DNA from: a virus
Direction: 5' to 3' (one strand)
DNA length: 64,000 nt
Virus record (IMG/VR): IMGVR_UViG_3300037782_000115
Coordinates: 43,113 to 107,112 of that record
Position numbers and translations under genes: made by a program
The notes under the pieces: generated by a model
What the model saw: only the letters and a program-made list of their open reading frames with translations
Databases searched by the model: none
Told to the model about the DNA's origin: nothing
Shown: positions 10,276-19,887 of the stretch, piece by piece
Position numbering within the stretch: the stretch's first letter is position 1
How the letters are laid out: each line of letters opens with the position of its first letter

Positions 10276-10653
10276 CTAGCAACTCGAAGCATAATCACAA
10301 AGCAGCCTCGCCGCCTCGTTCGACAGCGACTCGGGAACATCCGAAGCCATGACCGAGAAGCAAAGATCGAGAAAGCCGTCGGCCAGCGTGCGGCGGAACG
10401 ACTGGCCATCAGAGACCTGGCCAACCAACCACTCAACGGACTCATCGAGTGTATCAAAGCTTTCGTCCAAACAAACAGAAACAGATTTGGCGACATAGCC
10501 GCCGTTGCGGTGACCTATGAGCCCAAGAAAACCGCCGGTGCCGCCGGCTATATACCTTTTTTGGCGGTCGGCGCCGACCACGGTAAGGGCAACTACGTCT
10601 ACGCCGCCCACCGAAAATTTGAGAATCTCGTACATGAGAACACTCCTTGCCAC
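10276..10653 (-). CDS. Hypothetical protein
   Basis: ORF in the minus-strand operon. Confidence 0.5.
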   Translation of the reverse strand: MARSVLMYEILKFSVGGVDVVALTVVGADRQKRYIAGGTGGFLGLIGHRNGGYVAKSVSVCLDESFDTLDESVEWLVGQVSDGQSFRRTLADGFLDLCFSVMASDVPESLSNEAARLLCDYASSC

Positions 10654-10686
10654 ACCGTGCGCGGGTGGTCATATCCCATCTGCCCC

Positions 10687-11427
10687 CTATAGAGCAGAGA
10701 GCGCGTCCGTTTCAGAGGGAGTCAGAAGATCGTGTGACTCACGGAGCGAACGCCCAGCGTCCGACGTTGAGAGCTTGAGAATCCTGCGCACGACGCCCCG
10801 GTCCCATTTGCCACCAGACCTTGGTCGGAACCCCCTTGTGTCCAGCATCCTGGCGATCTCAGCGTAGCTGACGTTATCCTCGTGCCACGCAAGCATTAGG
10901 AGCAGCACCACCGACTCAGCGACGTCGGGTACAAGCACCTTGCCGTCTCGAGTGAAGCCGTACGGCAGGGTGCCCACCACCTCGCCCCGGCTCTTCTTGT
11001 GTTCGATCGACGACCTGGTGCGCTCGATCAGTTGATCGCGCTCGAATTCGGCGAGCACGGCCATGAGGCGGAAGATCATCTTGCCAGACGCCGTCGTAGT
11101 GTCGAACGACTCGGAGACCGATACAAAATCGCCGCCGCATCCGTTGATCCGGTCGACGATCTCGATGATGTCCCTGGTGTTCCGGCCCAAGCGAGAGATC
11201 GAGTAGACCACGAGCAGGCCCGAGTTTTCGCACACGTGTGCCATCGCGCTTTCCAGGCCGGGCCGGTTATCAACAGACTTGCCGCTTATCCCCTCGTCGA
11301 CAAACACATCGGTGAGCTCGAAGCCCCGCATCGTCAAATAGGCCTGTATCCGGCCCCTCTGCGCGTCGAGCGAAACCCCCTCAACCTGCCCATCGGTCGA
11401 TACCCGGCAATACCCGTAGCACTTCAT
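10687..11427 (-). CDS. Serine recombinase (resolvase catalytic domain plus a partial recombinase domain)
   Basis: YGYCRVSTDGQ with catalytic Ser, DEGISG, RPGL, SRLGRN, AEFER, PYGF. Confidence 0.92.
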   Translation of the reverse strand: MKCYGYCRVSTDGQVEGVSLDAQRGRIQAYLTMRGFELTDVFVDEGISGKSVDNRPGLESAMAHVCENSGLLVVYSISRLGRNTRDIIEIVDRINGCGGDFVSVSESFDTTTASGKMIFRLMAVLAEFERDQLIERTRSSIEHKKSRGEVVGTLPYGFTRDGKVLVPDVAESVVLLLMLAWHEDNVSYAEIARMLDTRGFRPRSGGKWDRGVVRRILKLSTSDAGRSLRESHDLLTPSETDALSAL

Positions 11428-12158
11428 TGCTGTTCTCCAGACGGCCTCGCGGCCAACGTCTCGTACACACTGTCTACTCGGTGACAATTCATCACGTCGC
11501 GTCCGTGCGACTTCCAGACGCCGCAATGACATGTCGACCGGGGCACGGCCCCGGCACACAACTCGTTCATCTCAAAGGGCATCTTCCACCGGTATCGCCA
11601 GGCGAACGCGGTCATCCTGTTGATGTAGCCGACGCGCACACCCCCTGAAACACTCAGTTTGTCGCGCCACTTTTCGCATTCCTCGTAGCTGAGAATCGGC
11701 GTGTCGACGATCAGGTGGTCGATGGTTTCTTCGCACTCCAGATACCAACGCAGCGAGAAGTCTTCGCACACCACCCCGATCGTCATGCCCGGGTTGGCCC
11801 GGCGGATCTTCCAGATCACCACCGCCAGGCGGCTGGAGAGCCTGCGAAGGCGGCGCCAGTTTGTAAACAGCTCGTGCCCATAGCCAAACTCATATCGGTA
11901 CAGCTTGGTGTAGATCACGGTGGGTGCAAACAGCGCGTAGGCAACCCTGCCGCGGCGGGCGTACGACAACTTTTGGATCTCGGCCTCGACGTTCTTTGTC
12001 AGGTCTTCGTCGACGCGAATGGAGCCACACCACCTAGACATCGTGCATATGCCAGGCGCCCAGATCCATATGCAGTTTGCCTGTTGGCCAACGAGGTAGA
12101 GCCACCTCGAGTCGACGGACCTAGACACACGCGTCATGCGGAAGTTAGCTAGTGGCAC
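11424..12158 (-). CDS. Hypothetical protein (start uncertain)
   Basis: Stop overlaps the recombinase start (ATGA). Confidence 0.5.
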   Translation of the reverse strand: MPLANFRMTRVSRSVDSRWLYLVGQQANCIWIWAPGICTMSRWCGSIRVDEDLTKNVEAEIQKLSYARRGRVAYALFAPTVIYTKLYRYEFGYGHELFTNWRRLRRLSSRLAVVIWKIRRANPGMTIGVVCEDFSLRWYLECEETIDHLIVDTPILSYEECEKWRDKLSVSGGVRVGYINRMTAFAWRYRWKMPFEMNELCAGAVPRSTCHCGVWKSHGRDVMNCHRVDSVYETLAARPSGEQQ

Positions 12159-12496
12159 GACACCTCCGAACGAACAGAGTTGATACCAGAGGACGCATCG
12201 ATGATCTGGTCTTTGCCGCCGCAACGGAGCCACCGGTCAATCGCATACTTCTGCGACGACGACCGGCAAACGATGACGACAGACCGGCCAGAGACGCGCA
12301 CTTTGGAGATCCCATCACGGACGAAAGGGGGTGCTCGGGACGCCAGCAAATCAGTAACCTGGTCATCGAGCCGCGACTCCTTCTTGATCTTCTGCGCCAC
12401 GGCCGCGGCCGCGGCGGAGCCATCGGCCGCAGCCGCGCGAGAACGCCGCGCTCGCCGCTGGGAGACGAGACGGTTGAGCATGTCCCACTTGTTCAT
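12149..12496 (-). CDS. DciA/DUF721-like protein
   Basis: SKVRVSGRSVVIVCRSSSQKYAIDRWLR resembles the DciA KH-like fold pattern. Confidence 0.4.
   Translation of the reverse strand: MNKWDMLNRLVSQRRARRSRAAAADGSAAAAAVAQKIKKESRLDDQVTDLLASRAPPFVRDGISKVRVSGRSVVIVCRSSSQKYAIDRWLRCGGKDQIIDASSGINSVRSEVSCH
12327..12359 (+). repeat. Copy of the dispersed GGGGGTGCTCGGGACG motif
   Basis: Exact 16-mer, also at 21079 and 26367. Confidence 0.7.
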
Positions 12497-12536
12497 AAAA
12501 CCAGGGCGAGCCGCTAAGCCCGCCCTAGCCAAGATA

Positions 12537-12833
12537 TTACTCAGGCACAGGGTAGACGACCTTGTGCCGCGACAGAATGCCGGCGCGCCCGCCGCCGGGC
12601 AGGCTCGGGTTCACAACCTCCAAGACCTCGACCTCCACCCCCGACGCGAGCCGCTCAACCGGAACCTGTTTGCGCACAGCAACCTTCGCCCTGATGAAGT
12701 CGCGGCACGCAATCTCAGCCCTGGGGGCGCTGATCTGGAGCGCGTTCTTGTCCTCGAAGATTGACTCCGGCATTCCGTCGGTCACAAATCTCGCTACCCA
12801 TTCGGCGTTCATGATTGTTTGCTCCGTTTCCAA
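12537..12833 (-). CDS. Hypothetical protein
   Basis: ORF in the operon. Confidence 0.45.
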   Translation of the reverse strand: METEQTIMNAEWVARFVTDGMPESIFEDKNALQISAPRAEIACRDFIRAKVAVRKQVPVERLASGVEVEVLEVVNPSLPGGGRAGILSRHKVVYPVPE

Positions 12834-13159
12834 GATTCCCTGAGCGTGGTTCCCGCCAGCCTCGCTAGCGCAGCTTCTGTAAAGTGCATCTTAGGGTCTC
12901 GCAGCCTGGCTATGTGGCCGGACATGGCCTTGCCGCCACAGACGTAGCCGCAGATGCACTCCTGTTCGCCAAAGCCCAATTCCCGAATAATCCATGGCGA
13001 ACCGGGATCGGCGGACGCCCCGCGAGTCCTTGAGCGGGGATCGCGAGGCGGCATGTGGTGCGTACACAGGTGGCCATGCAGGTATTTGATGCCCTTCACG
13101 TCCACGCCGCACAGTGGACACTTGTACTCGGATGGTGGGAGTCTAGTCTTGCGGCTCAT
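12809..13159 (-). CDS. C2H2-like zinc-finger protein
   Basis: YKCPLC-x12-HLCTHH and a second CICG...HI...H motif. Confidence 0.55.
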   Translation of the reverse strand: MSRKTRLPPSEYKCPLCGVDVKGIKYLHGHLCTHHMPPRDPRSRTRGASADPGSPWIIRELGFGEQECICGYVCGGKAMSGHIARLRDPKMHFTEAALARLAGTTLRESWKRSKQS

Positions 13160-13511
13160 CGCAACCCCCGTGTTCGGCGCCAGCAAGATCGACTACAGCC
13201 AACATGGCGCACGCATCAAGGAACTCCCGCGAGAGCAGCCAGCGGATCACGTCAGACCTGTTCGGGACAACCACACACCCGCGATCTAGAGTGAACAACA
13301 GAAACCTATTGCCGGACAACGGTTTCACAACGCGGCGGTGGCTATTCATGGCGTGGTGCAGCAGGCCGACGCCAGACGTAAACTGTGTGTTGCACACCTG
13401 GCACCACGCTGGCGCGACCATGATGTTGGTGTTGGTTCTGTCCATTATTCGATGCGACCTCATCAGGGGTGCCCGGGGAATATACCAAGCACCTACGGCA
13501 CACATAGACAC
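13143..13511 (-). CDS. C2H2-like zinc-finger protein (start uncertain)
   Basis: CQVCNTQF...LLHHAMNSH. Confidence 0.45.
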   Translation of the reverse strand: MSMCAVGAWYIPRAPLMRSHRIMDRTNTNIMVAPAWCQVCNTQFTSGVGLLHHAMNSHRRVVKPLSGNRFLLFTLDRGCVVVPNRSDVIRWLLSREFLDACAMLAVVDLAGAEHGGCDEPQD

Positions 13512-13538
13512 AGCAGCCGATTGTACAGAGTAGGATGC

Positions 13539-14300
13539 TCAGAGAGCGGGCCGCCAGAATGGGCACGAAACCTCGTCGATCTCGTCTTTGATCTCCCGGG
13601 CCTCCTCGATCAGGCCCCGGACCGTATCGGCGCACTCATCGGGCCCCATCCCGCCCGGGTGCTCACCGCGAGACGCGCGGGCCTCAGAGATCCGCCGAAA
13701 CAGCTTCTCAAGATCGAGCTTGAGGTCCGCCAGTTTCTCCGACTGGTGGTATTTGACATCCTCTGCAACCGATTCTTCTGCCACCCTCTCCGCCCACCGA
13801 TCGGCGGCATACACGGCGTCGCGAAAGCTCTCATATACATACGACAAATCAAAGCAGCAACAGTCATAAGAGTAGTCAATGCCGATGATGTACCTTGTGT
13901 TGCCACCACAACCCGCCAGCTGGGCCACCACGCCGTGACACGTCTCTTCGCAATATGCATCGGTGAACCAGCCGCGGTGATCGACCCTGTAGTCGTGCTG
14001 GTCGTGGCAAGCGACGATGTTGCGGAAAGTGTCGCACATGTCGTCGGCCGAGTAGCAGCCGACCATCCGCTTCCCGCTGTCGTCCTTGTACAACCAATAC
14101 TTGGACTCGATGCGGCCCAGGCTACTGCTCGCCATCCGCGACAGAAGCCCGACGGCATAATCAGAATTGCCCGCCAACTCCTTGAGCTTCGCCTTCATAC
14201 GCCAAGCATGGTTCACCATAAAGGAGCCGACTTCACCCGAAAAGGTGTTGGTCGTGTACGACGGCATCGTGAGTGTTTCGCCATCTGCATAGATCGACAT
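13539..14300 (-). CDS. Hypothetical protein
   Basis: Strong AGGAGG RBS; 253 aa. Confidence 0.7.
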   Translation of the reverse strand: MSIYADGETLTMPSYTTNTFSGEVGSFMVNHAWRMKAKLKELAGNSDYAVGLLSRMASSSLGRIESKYWLYKDDSGKRMVGCYSADDMCDTFRNIVACHDQHDYRVDHRGWFTDAYCEETCHGVVAQLAGCGGNTRYIIGIDYSYDCCCFDLSYVYESFRDAVYAADRWAERVAEESVAEDVKYHQSEKLADLKLDLEKLFRRISEARASRGEHPGGMGPDECADTVRGLIEEAREIKDEIDEVSCPFWRPAL

Positions 14301-14312
14301 GGGCTGCCTCCT

Positions 14313-14341
14313 AAAAACAACAAGCCGCCCTTTCGGGCGGC
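14313..14341 (-). terminator. Intrinsic terminator
   Basis: GCCGCCC-GAAA-GGGCGGC hairpin followed by TTGTTGTTTTT on the minus strand. Confidence 0.65.
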
Positions 14342-14369
14342 CGGTTGCGGTCTGTGTGTGTACGCGGTC

Positions 14370-14738
14370 CTATGGGGTGGCGCTGTCGGGCTCGGTGTTG
14401 GCCTCGGTCAGCACAGAGACCCCGCGGGTCATCCACTTCTTGTGCTGGAGATTGGAGAGCCAGTCATCAACAGAGGGGATGCGGCCGAGGTCTTCGATCA
14501 CGTGCTGCTCGCCGATCAGCCGGACAGGCACCTTGCGTCCGGTCGAGATCGTGATCGTCGTCCCGAACACCTTCTCGGCCAGGAAGATTCCGAAAGAGTT
14601 GTGCAGCAGGGCCCGGTGTTGCCAGCTGCACATAGTGCTCTTGCTGCTGTCGAAGAAATCATGGATCTCCTGATAGTCCTCCGGCACTCCGCCGAACTTC
14701 TTGGCAGACGACCTCGCATGCATGTAGGGGTGTGCCAT
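14370..14738 (-). CDS. DUF6915-like protein
   Basis: MAHPYMHARSSAKKFGG..EDY..IH.FFDSSK...HRALLHNSFGIF...EQHVIEDLG signature. Confidence 0.8.
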   Translation of the reverse strand: MAHPYMHARSSAKKFGGVPEDYQEIHDFFDSSKSTMCSWQHRALLHNSFGIFLAEKVFGTTITISTGRKVPVRLIGEQHVIEDLGRIPSVDDWLSNLQHKKWMTRGVSVLTEANTEPDSATP

Positions 14739-15292
14739 CAGCGGCCCTCCATCCATGGGATCCGGCACAAGAGGCCGAGTTTCACGCCGAGTTCGAGAAA
14801 GTCGAACTCATCCACCATCGGATCGAAGTCGTAGTGTGTGGAAAAAGAACAACCGGTCTCGGCGTCGCAATTACAAAAGCCATCGTCGTCGGCATTGTCA
14901 CATGCACACTCTCCATATGTGATCTCACACCTGCCGACCCACAACGCGAAGTCCAGAAAATAAATTCCTGTCGACCCCTCATTTTCGACGAGAAAGTTCT
15001 TATCCCAGCCGGGCACGCAGTCGCCATCCAGCTCGAACGAATAGGAATCAAGGCCGAGTTCATACACGAGAGTACCAGGCACAATATCGTCGAACTCGGC
15101 GACACCAGAGTCGCCGTATCCATTAAGATTGATTCTTAAATAACCCGAATATCCAGACAATGCCAACATGGCGGCCGCATGATCGGCGTGCTCCATTCTA
15201 TCAACACCATGTGCAATGCAGGTCATGTGTATCTCTGCCAGGCTCAGGGAGGTGGCATTTTGCGTGTTTGTGTCATCCATAAAATCACCCAT
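14738..15292 (-). CDS. DUF6878-like protein
   Basis: GYGDSG motif and NEGSTG; adjacent to the DUF6915-like gene. Confidence 0.5.
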   Translation of the reverse strand: MGDFMDDTNTQNATSLSLAEIHMTCIAHGVDRMEHADHAAAMLALSGYSGYLRINLNGYGDSGVAEFDDIVPGTLVYELGLDSYSFELDGDCVPGWDKNFLVENEGSTGIYFLDFALWVGRCEITYGECACDNADDDGFCNCDAETGCSFSTHYDFDPMVDEFDFLELGVKLGLLCRIPWMEGR

Positions 15293-16481
15293 CAATCTTG
15301 ATCGTTGTGCCAAAGGGGGCAACCACATCGGACGTCATGCACCAGACCGTTGGCAGCCCGGGGTCTTGTTCGGGGAACCGCGTGTAGCCGTCAGTCATGC
15401 AGATCACGCATGAGGGTGCCGGGATGTTGTCGACGATGTGCCTAAACACCGGCACGTGCGAGGTGCCCCCGCCACCCTTGGGCTCGACCACGATATCGCC
15501 GTCGCTCGATCGCCACTCCTGCACGTGCGCCACGTCATGGTCGTGGTAAACGATGATTACGGTGCATGAGTATGACATAAGGATCTCTTGTATCTCGCCG
15601 GCGTACTGGTTGATCTCGTCTTGACCGATCGACCCGGACGTGTCAAAGGCGACAACCACGGTCCCGAGGCTGTCGCTGCGCATGCCGGGCAGATACATCC
15701 CGGCGTGGATGAAGCGGCGGTTGGGGTGGGCCCAAGAGAAGTCATCGCGTGAGGTCGATGAGACGAATCGGCGAAGAAGCTCTTTCCACGACGCCTTGGG
15801 CCGCAGCACGTCGCCGACGATACGAGAGATGTCGCCCGGCAGATCGCCGCGGCTGGACGCGTGATGCGCCGCCTCTGCGACATTGACTTGCCACTGAGCC
15901 TCTTGATTGTCGGTATCGCCGTCCGCCGGCCGGCGCACCTGGCCAAAGCCCCCCTCGCCACTACCGCCGCCACCGCCGCCACCACCGCCACCACCGCCAT
16001 CCTCATTATCCGGAATCCTGGCGTAGTACCACTCGGCGCTGTTGCCGCTCTCTAGGTCGGCATACTTGCCTTCGCCCGGGAACAGCCCGCCCGAGGGCAG
16101 CGATATACCGGCATCTCTGAGGATTGAGTTGATCGCCAGATCGCCCGCGACGTTCCAGTTGTGGTGCTCGCGGGGCCCCATCCGGGTGTGATGGCCGAGC
16201 GTGCAATGCATGAGCTCGTGCATAATCAGCCCAACGGTCTCGTTCCGAGACAGGCCGACGATGAACGATGGGTTGTACCGCATGGTCTTGCCGTCGATAT
16301 CGGCCGTCTCGATATCCCAGGAGGGCACCATGTTGATCTTCATGGCCAGGATGCAAAAGAACGAGCACCGCGGGTCGCGGCGGAGCGCGAGGTATGTCTT
16401 GGCCTCGGTTATCCGCGCATCACTGATATCCTCGTCGGCTTGCCGACGAGACATCTCATCGACCACATCAAAAGCGTCCAT
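15285..16481 (-). CDS. Metallopeptidase-like plus vWA domain protein (DUF2201-like)
   Basis: HELMH, WNVAGDLAIN, poly-Gly linker, DTSGS MIDAS motif, GGGGT, TDG. Confidence 0.88.
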   Translation of the reverse strand: MDAFDVVDEMSRRQADEDISDARITEAKTYLALRRDPRCSFFCILAMKINMVPSWDIETADIDGKTMRYNPSFIVGLSRNETVGLIMHELMHCTLGHHTRMGPREHHNWNVAGDLAINSILRDAGISLPSGGLFPGEGKYADLESGNSAEWYYARIPDNEDGGGGGGGGGGGGSGEGGFGQVRRPADGDTDNQEAQWQVNVAEAAHHASSRGDLPGDISRIVGDVLRPKASWKELLRRFVSSTSRDDFSWAHPNRRFIHAGMYLPGMRSDSLGTVVVAFDTSGSIGQDEINQYAGEIQEILMSYSCTVIIVYHDHDVAHVQEWRSSDGDIVVEPKGGGGTSHVPVFRHIVDNIPAPSCVICMTDGYTRFPEQDPGLPTVWCMTSDVVAPFGTTIKIDG

Positions 16482-16542
16482 AACAACTCCTTTCTAGAGA
16501 GCCAATGGCGTTCATCGCCGTCAAGCGGTGAACGCCGGTGTG

Positions 16543-17376
16543 TCAAAACGTCTGGGTCGTCGAGAGCGCGGTCCGCATGACGACGGCCTCAGAGATGGAC
16601 TCCTTGGTGATGTCCAGAACCTTCCGCATATCGCCCAGCGTTTCGCCCAGGATGCCCTCATACTCGAGCAGCCGCTTGCGAAGGCTGTCAGCCCGGGCCT
16701 CGCGGGCTTCGAGCGCGGCCTCGTGCAGGTCGCCGGTCTCGATGTCCTTCATGATCTGATCGACGTCACTCTGGATGTCGGCGAGGATCCCCTCCTTGAT
16801 CGCGCGGAGAGATGATGCGTCGGCGGCGGTCTGCATCACATGCACCATCGTTCCGGTACCGGCTTTCTCGACGATCCTGGCGTAGGTAGCCCAATCATCA
16901 AGCTTGTCCCTGGGGATCCAATACACGCCACCGCTCTCGCGGAGAGGGATGCCGCTAAGCCTGCTCACGGCGGTGGTGAGTAGATTGGTGATTGCCTTTG
17001 CGGGCACAACACCTGCCGACTTCTTGTACTGGTCCCTGACCCGGCATACCTCGGCCCAAGGCGCCGAGGGCGAACTCACGTTGCCGTCGTCGTCGACCTC
17101 GAAGGTATACCGAGAGTCGTACCGGTTCTCGTCCTGGCCGCGGTCCTCGGACACCACAGTGAAGCCATTCTTCTTGCTCAGGGGCCTGATAAGAGTGGTT
17201 TTGTTGGCGTAGAGGGCGACCAGCGCGGCGTTCAACACAGCCTTGGGCGTCTGCTGCTTTGGCATCAACCCGGACAGGCCGTTGTCGTCGAGTCCGCGTT
17301 CGAGGATGCTGCGGTCACTGTCGCTGCCGCGCCAGAAGGTCACGGCGCCATTGAGAGAGATCTGGCCAGACTTCAT
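16543..17376 (-). CDS. Hypothetical protein (DUF3150/DUF6744-like) in the AAA/vWA cluster
   Basis: LRESGGVYWIP motif; C-terminal coiled coil; strong RBS. Confidence 0.6.
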   Translation of the reverse strand: MKSGQISLNGAVTFWRGSDSDRSILERGLDDNGLSGLMPKQQTPKAVLNAALVALYANKTTLIRPLSKKNGFTVVSEDRGQDENRYDSRYTFEVDDDGNVSSPSAPWAEVCRVRDQYKKSAGVVPAKAITNLLTTAVSRLSGIPLRESGGVYWIPRDKLDDWATYARIVEKAGTGTMVHVMQTAADASSLRAIKEGILADIQSDVDQIMKDIETGDLHEAALEAREARADSLRKRLLEYEGILGETLGDMRKVLDITKESISEAVVMRTALSTTQTF

Positions 17377-17406
17377 GCGAAACTCCTTTCAAGGGAAACA
17401 TGGAAC

Positions 17407-17441
17407 AAAAGCGGCCTCGCCCCCTCTCGGGAGCGGACCGC
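17407..17441 (-). terminator. Possible intrinsic terminator
   Basis: GCGGTCCGCTCCC-GAGA-GGGGGCGAGGCCGC followed by TTTT on the minus strand. Confidence 0.5.
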
Positions 17442-17456
17442 TAGAAAGGAGCGGCG

Positions 17457-18476
17457 TTATGAGTCGGCTCTCGAGGCCATGATGACATCTGAGTTCTTGC
17501 CAACCCATTCCTTGATTCGTGGGTTCTTTTGGCTTCCCGGGCACACACGGATGAAGTCGAGAACGAGGTTGGTGGCAAACTCGTTCGGCAATCTCTGTCC
17601 ATATGTCATCGCTGCATCGAGATTGTTGTTATCCTCTCGGACGGCGTTCACCAGCGCCCCGCAGATGGCATAACGGACCGACGGCTCACCGGGGACGCCC
17701 TCGGTCTCTGGGTTGGCCAGGACGCGACGAATGTCCGGCAGGCTTTCGCAGATATTGACGTAGTTGACAAACTCTGCGGCGGGCCCGGAACCGACGCACC
17801 CGGCGACGGCCTGCAACAACAGGCTGCCGGGTGCGTGCTGGATAACCTCTGACGCACGCACCCACGACCGAGGTGTGGGGAATGCGTTCTCGGCTCCGGA
17901 CGGGTCGAAATCAAACAGCGCCGCCGGCTTGAATTTGATGAAGCTGGTCACCCGGTGATCAACGCCGGCGGCGACCGCCCAATTGTGCCAGTCGTCTGCG
18001 TTGTAGCACATCTCGAAGTGTGTCAGCCGATTGAGCATCGGCGTGATCATCTTGTGCGCACCAGCGCGATCGGTCGCACGGTTCGACGCCGCGACGATGG
18101 CGCAGTTGTCGGGGAGCTTGTAGTCGCCGATTCGGCGGTCGAGCAAGAGCTCCAGGCACGCGCTCTGCACAAGCGGCGGGGCCTGTGCAAACTCGTCGAG
18201 GAAGAACACCTCGGTTGAGTCCGGGTCCTGCGGCAGGAAGTCCGGCGGGCACCACTTCGTCAGCCCCTTGTCGCTGATGGAGGGGATGCCGCGGAGGTCA
18301 ACGGGGTCGAGCAGGACCGCCCGCACGTCGCGAACGGCGCGGCCGAGCTTTGCGGCGGCCTGCTTGACGATGTCTGACTTGCCGATGCCTGGGGGCCCCC
18401 ACAAGATCACGGGGTGCTTGTTGTTGATAAAGCCGGGCAGCAGACTCTCGATCTGCTTGGGTTGAAGCGGTGCCAT
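17457..18476 (-). CDS. MoxR-like AAA+ ATPase
   Basis: WGPPGIGKS, DLRGIP, FFLDE, AASN, NRLTH, FPTPRSW. Confidence 0.9.
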   Translation of the reverse strand: MAPLQPKQIESLLPGFINNKHPVILWGPPGIGKSDIVKQAAAKLGRAVRDVRAVLLDPVDLRGIPSISDKGLTKWCPPDFLPQDPDSTEVFFLDEFAQAPPLVQSACLELLLDRRIGDYKLPDNCAIVAASNRATDRAGAHKMITPMLNRLTHFEMCYNADDWHNWAVAAGVDHRVTSFIKFKPAALFDFDPSGAENAFPTPRSWVRASEVIQHAPGSLLLQAVAGCVGSGPAAEFVNYVNICESLPDIRRVLANPETEGVPGEPSVRYAICGALVNAVREDNNNLDAAMTYGQRLPNEFATNLVLDFIRVCPGSQKNPRIKEWVGKNSDVIMASRADS

Positions 18477-18577
18477 GGTTTCTCCTTTCATGGACGTATG
18501 CAGAAACACAAAAACCGCGAGCGTGATTTCTCACCCCCGCGGTCGCGGCTTTCAGCCAACAGGTGCGCCGGTCGGTC

Positions 18578-19117
18578 CTATCCGGGTGTGCCCCTATATT
18601 GGGGCAGCGATGACATGACGCGGCTAATCCCTCTCTTCGAGGACCTGCCCGGGTAGTGCGGCAACCACTTCTTCAAACGCTCAGCCAGCAGGCTCATAGC
18701 GGGGCCATCCGGGGGCGACTCGCCGCAATCTAGGATTTCAACGAACACATCAAACACGGCCTCAACGAGCTCACTCGCCGCCTGGGACGGGCTGTGGACG
18801 GCGCCAACGTGGTCACCAAGCAGGCCCGGCAAAGACTCGCACTGCGTCATGCCCAATATCGCCGTCTCCATCGAGTTCGCCTCGAAGTTGTAGCCGCCAT
18901 CCAACAGAAGCTGAACAACGGATTTGCCACAATTCCACAGCGTGGACCCCAAAAGGGTTGGGGCCGCACAACAACAGGTGTGGCCCTGGGCGATCAGCAT
19001 GGCCTGTTCGTGTGTCGGCGCAATATCGTGCGGCGGCACGCTACTGAGCACGCCGCCGGACCAATCAAGGAACGCGTCCATGGCGTTGTAAATCGTCTTT
19101 CTCTTATCGCGATCCAT
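18578..19117 (-). CDS. Hypothetical protein
   Basis: Operon packing. Confidence 0.55.
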   Translation of the reverse strand: MDRDKRKTIYNAMDAFLDWSGGVLSSVPPHDIAPTHEQAMLIAQGHTCCCAAPTLLGSTLWNCGKSVVQLLLDGGYNFEANSMETAILGMTQCESLPGLLGDHVGAVHSPSQAASELVEAVFDVFVEILDCGESPPDGPAMSLLAERLKKWLPHYPGRSSKRGISRVMSSLPQYRGTPG

Positions 19118-19119
19118 AA

Positions 19120-19887
19120 TTATGCCCCCCTCTCAAACGGCCCAATGGCCTGCTCATACCTGTCGAGATAATGCCCGAAATCCTCATCGGGCGCGTCGCC
19201 AGCGGCCATGTTGTCAGCGGCACACCGCATCTCGTTGATGCAGGCCCGAAACTCGGACACCAACCGCTCGTGGTCGCCGAAGTTTGTTCCTCGCACGGTG
19301 TTCCACGCGTAAGACATCCACCTTGCGTTGCCGAGGTCGCCGTCTTCGCGGAGAGTGGTGAACCAGTCACCGTTGCCGTCGTCATTCTCTTCTGGCGGTA
19401 TGGTCGCGATAATGCCCACGCCCTTGCCTTGGAGCGCGATCGTTGCGCCGTGGTTCCATTGCAAAGGGCCGTGGAACATCTCGCATTGTGTTGGCCGGTC
19501 AAACGCTTCTCGCACATAAAAATCACGAAAGAGCATGTACGTGTACGACGGCTCTGCACACTGCCGTTGTTTGAATAACCAGAGACCGTATGGCTTCTCG
19601 CCTCGATGCCGGTATTCTATCTGGCCGCAGTAAACAATCTCGCCAAGAACCGGCCTGACCTCGTCTCCAGGCACTAAGTAGGAGCCGATAAGCTCGGCGT
19701 CTTCTTGACATAACACAACTGTGCCGCCGGAAGACCGCAGCGCGTCTTCAAGCGATACAAGGCAAGACTGGCGGTACGTTGATACTAAGTTATTGGTGGC
19801 ACACTCCCACCTGGTCAGCGTGCATCGATCGCCCGGGCGGGCCGCCTTCTTTTGGGCCCTGTCAAGAAGCTCGTGTGGCTTATACAT
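19120..19887 (-). CDS. Hypothetical protein
   Basis: GGAG RBS; operon packing. Confidence 0.6.
   Translation of the reverse strand: MYKPHELLDRAQKKAARPGDRCTLTRWECATNNLVSTYRQSCLVSLEDALRSSGGTVVLCQEDAELIGSYLVPGDEVRPVLGEIVYCGQIEYRHRGEKPYGLWLFKQRQCAEPSYTYMLFRDFYVREAFDRPTQCEMFHGPLQWNHGATIALQGKGVGIIATIPPEENDDGNGDWFTTLREDGDLGNARWMSYAWNTVRGTNFGDHERLVSEFRACINEMRCAADNMAAGDAPDEDFGHYLDRYEQAIGPFERGA

Noticed and set aside
10687-11427. Integrase with an att site / prophage boundary
   Set aside because: The protein is short (246 aa) and lacks the zinc-ribbon/coiled-coil region of large serine integrases; no att core or host genes are visible
13338-14834. 498-aa plus-strand ORF (and similar long antisense ORFs such as 4627-5631 and 57946-59388)
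   Set aside because: Antisense shadows of well-supported genes in GC-rich DNA; no motifs or RBS
15960-16000. CCACCG-type repeat as a regulatory or contingency locus
   Set aside because: It encodes the poly-Gly linker usual between the peptidase and vWA domains
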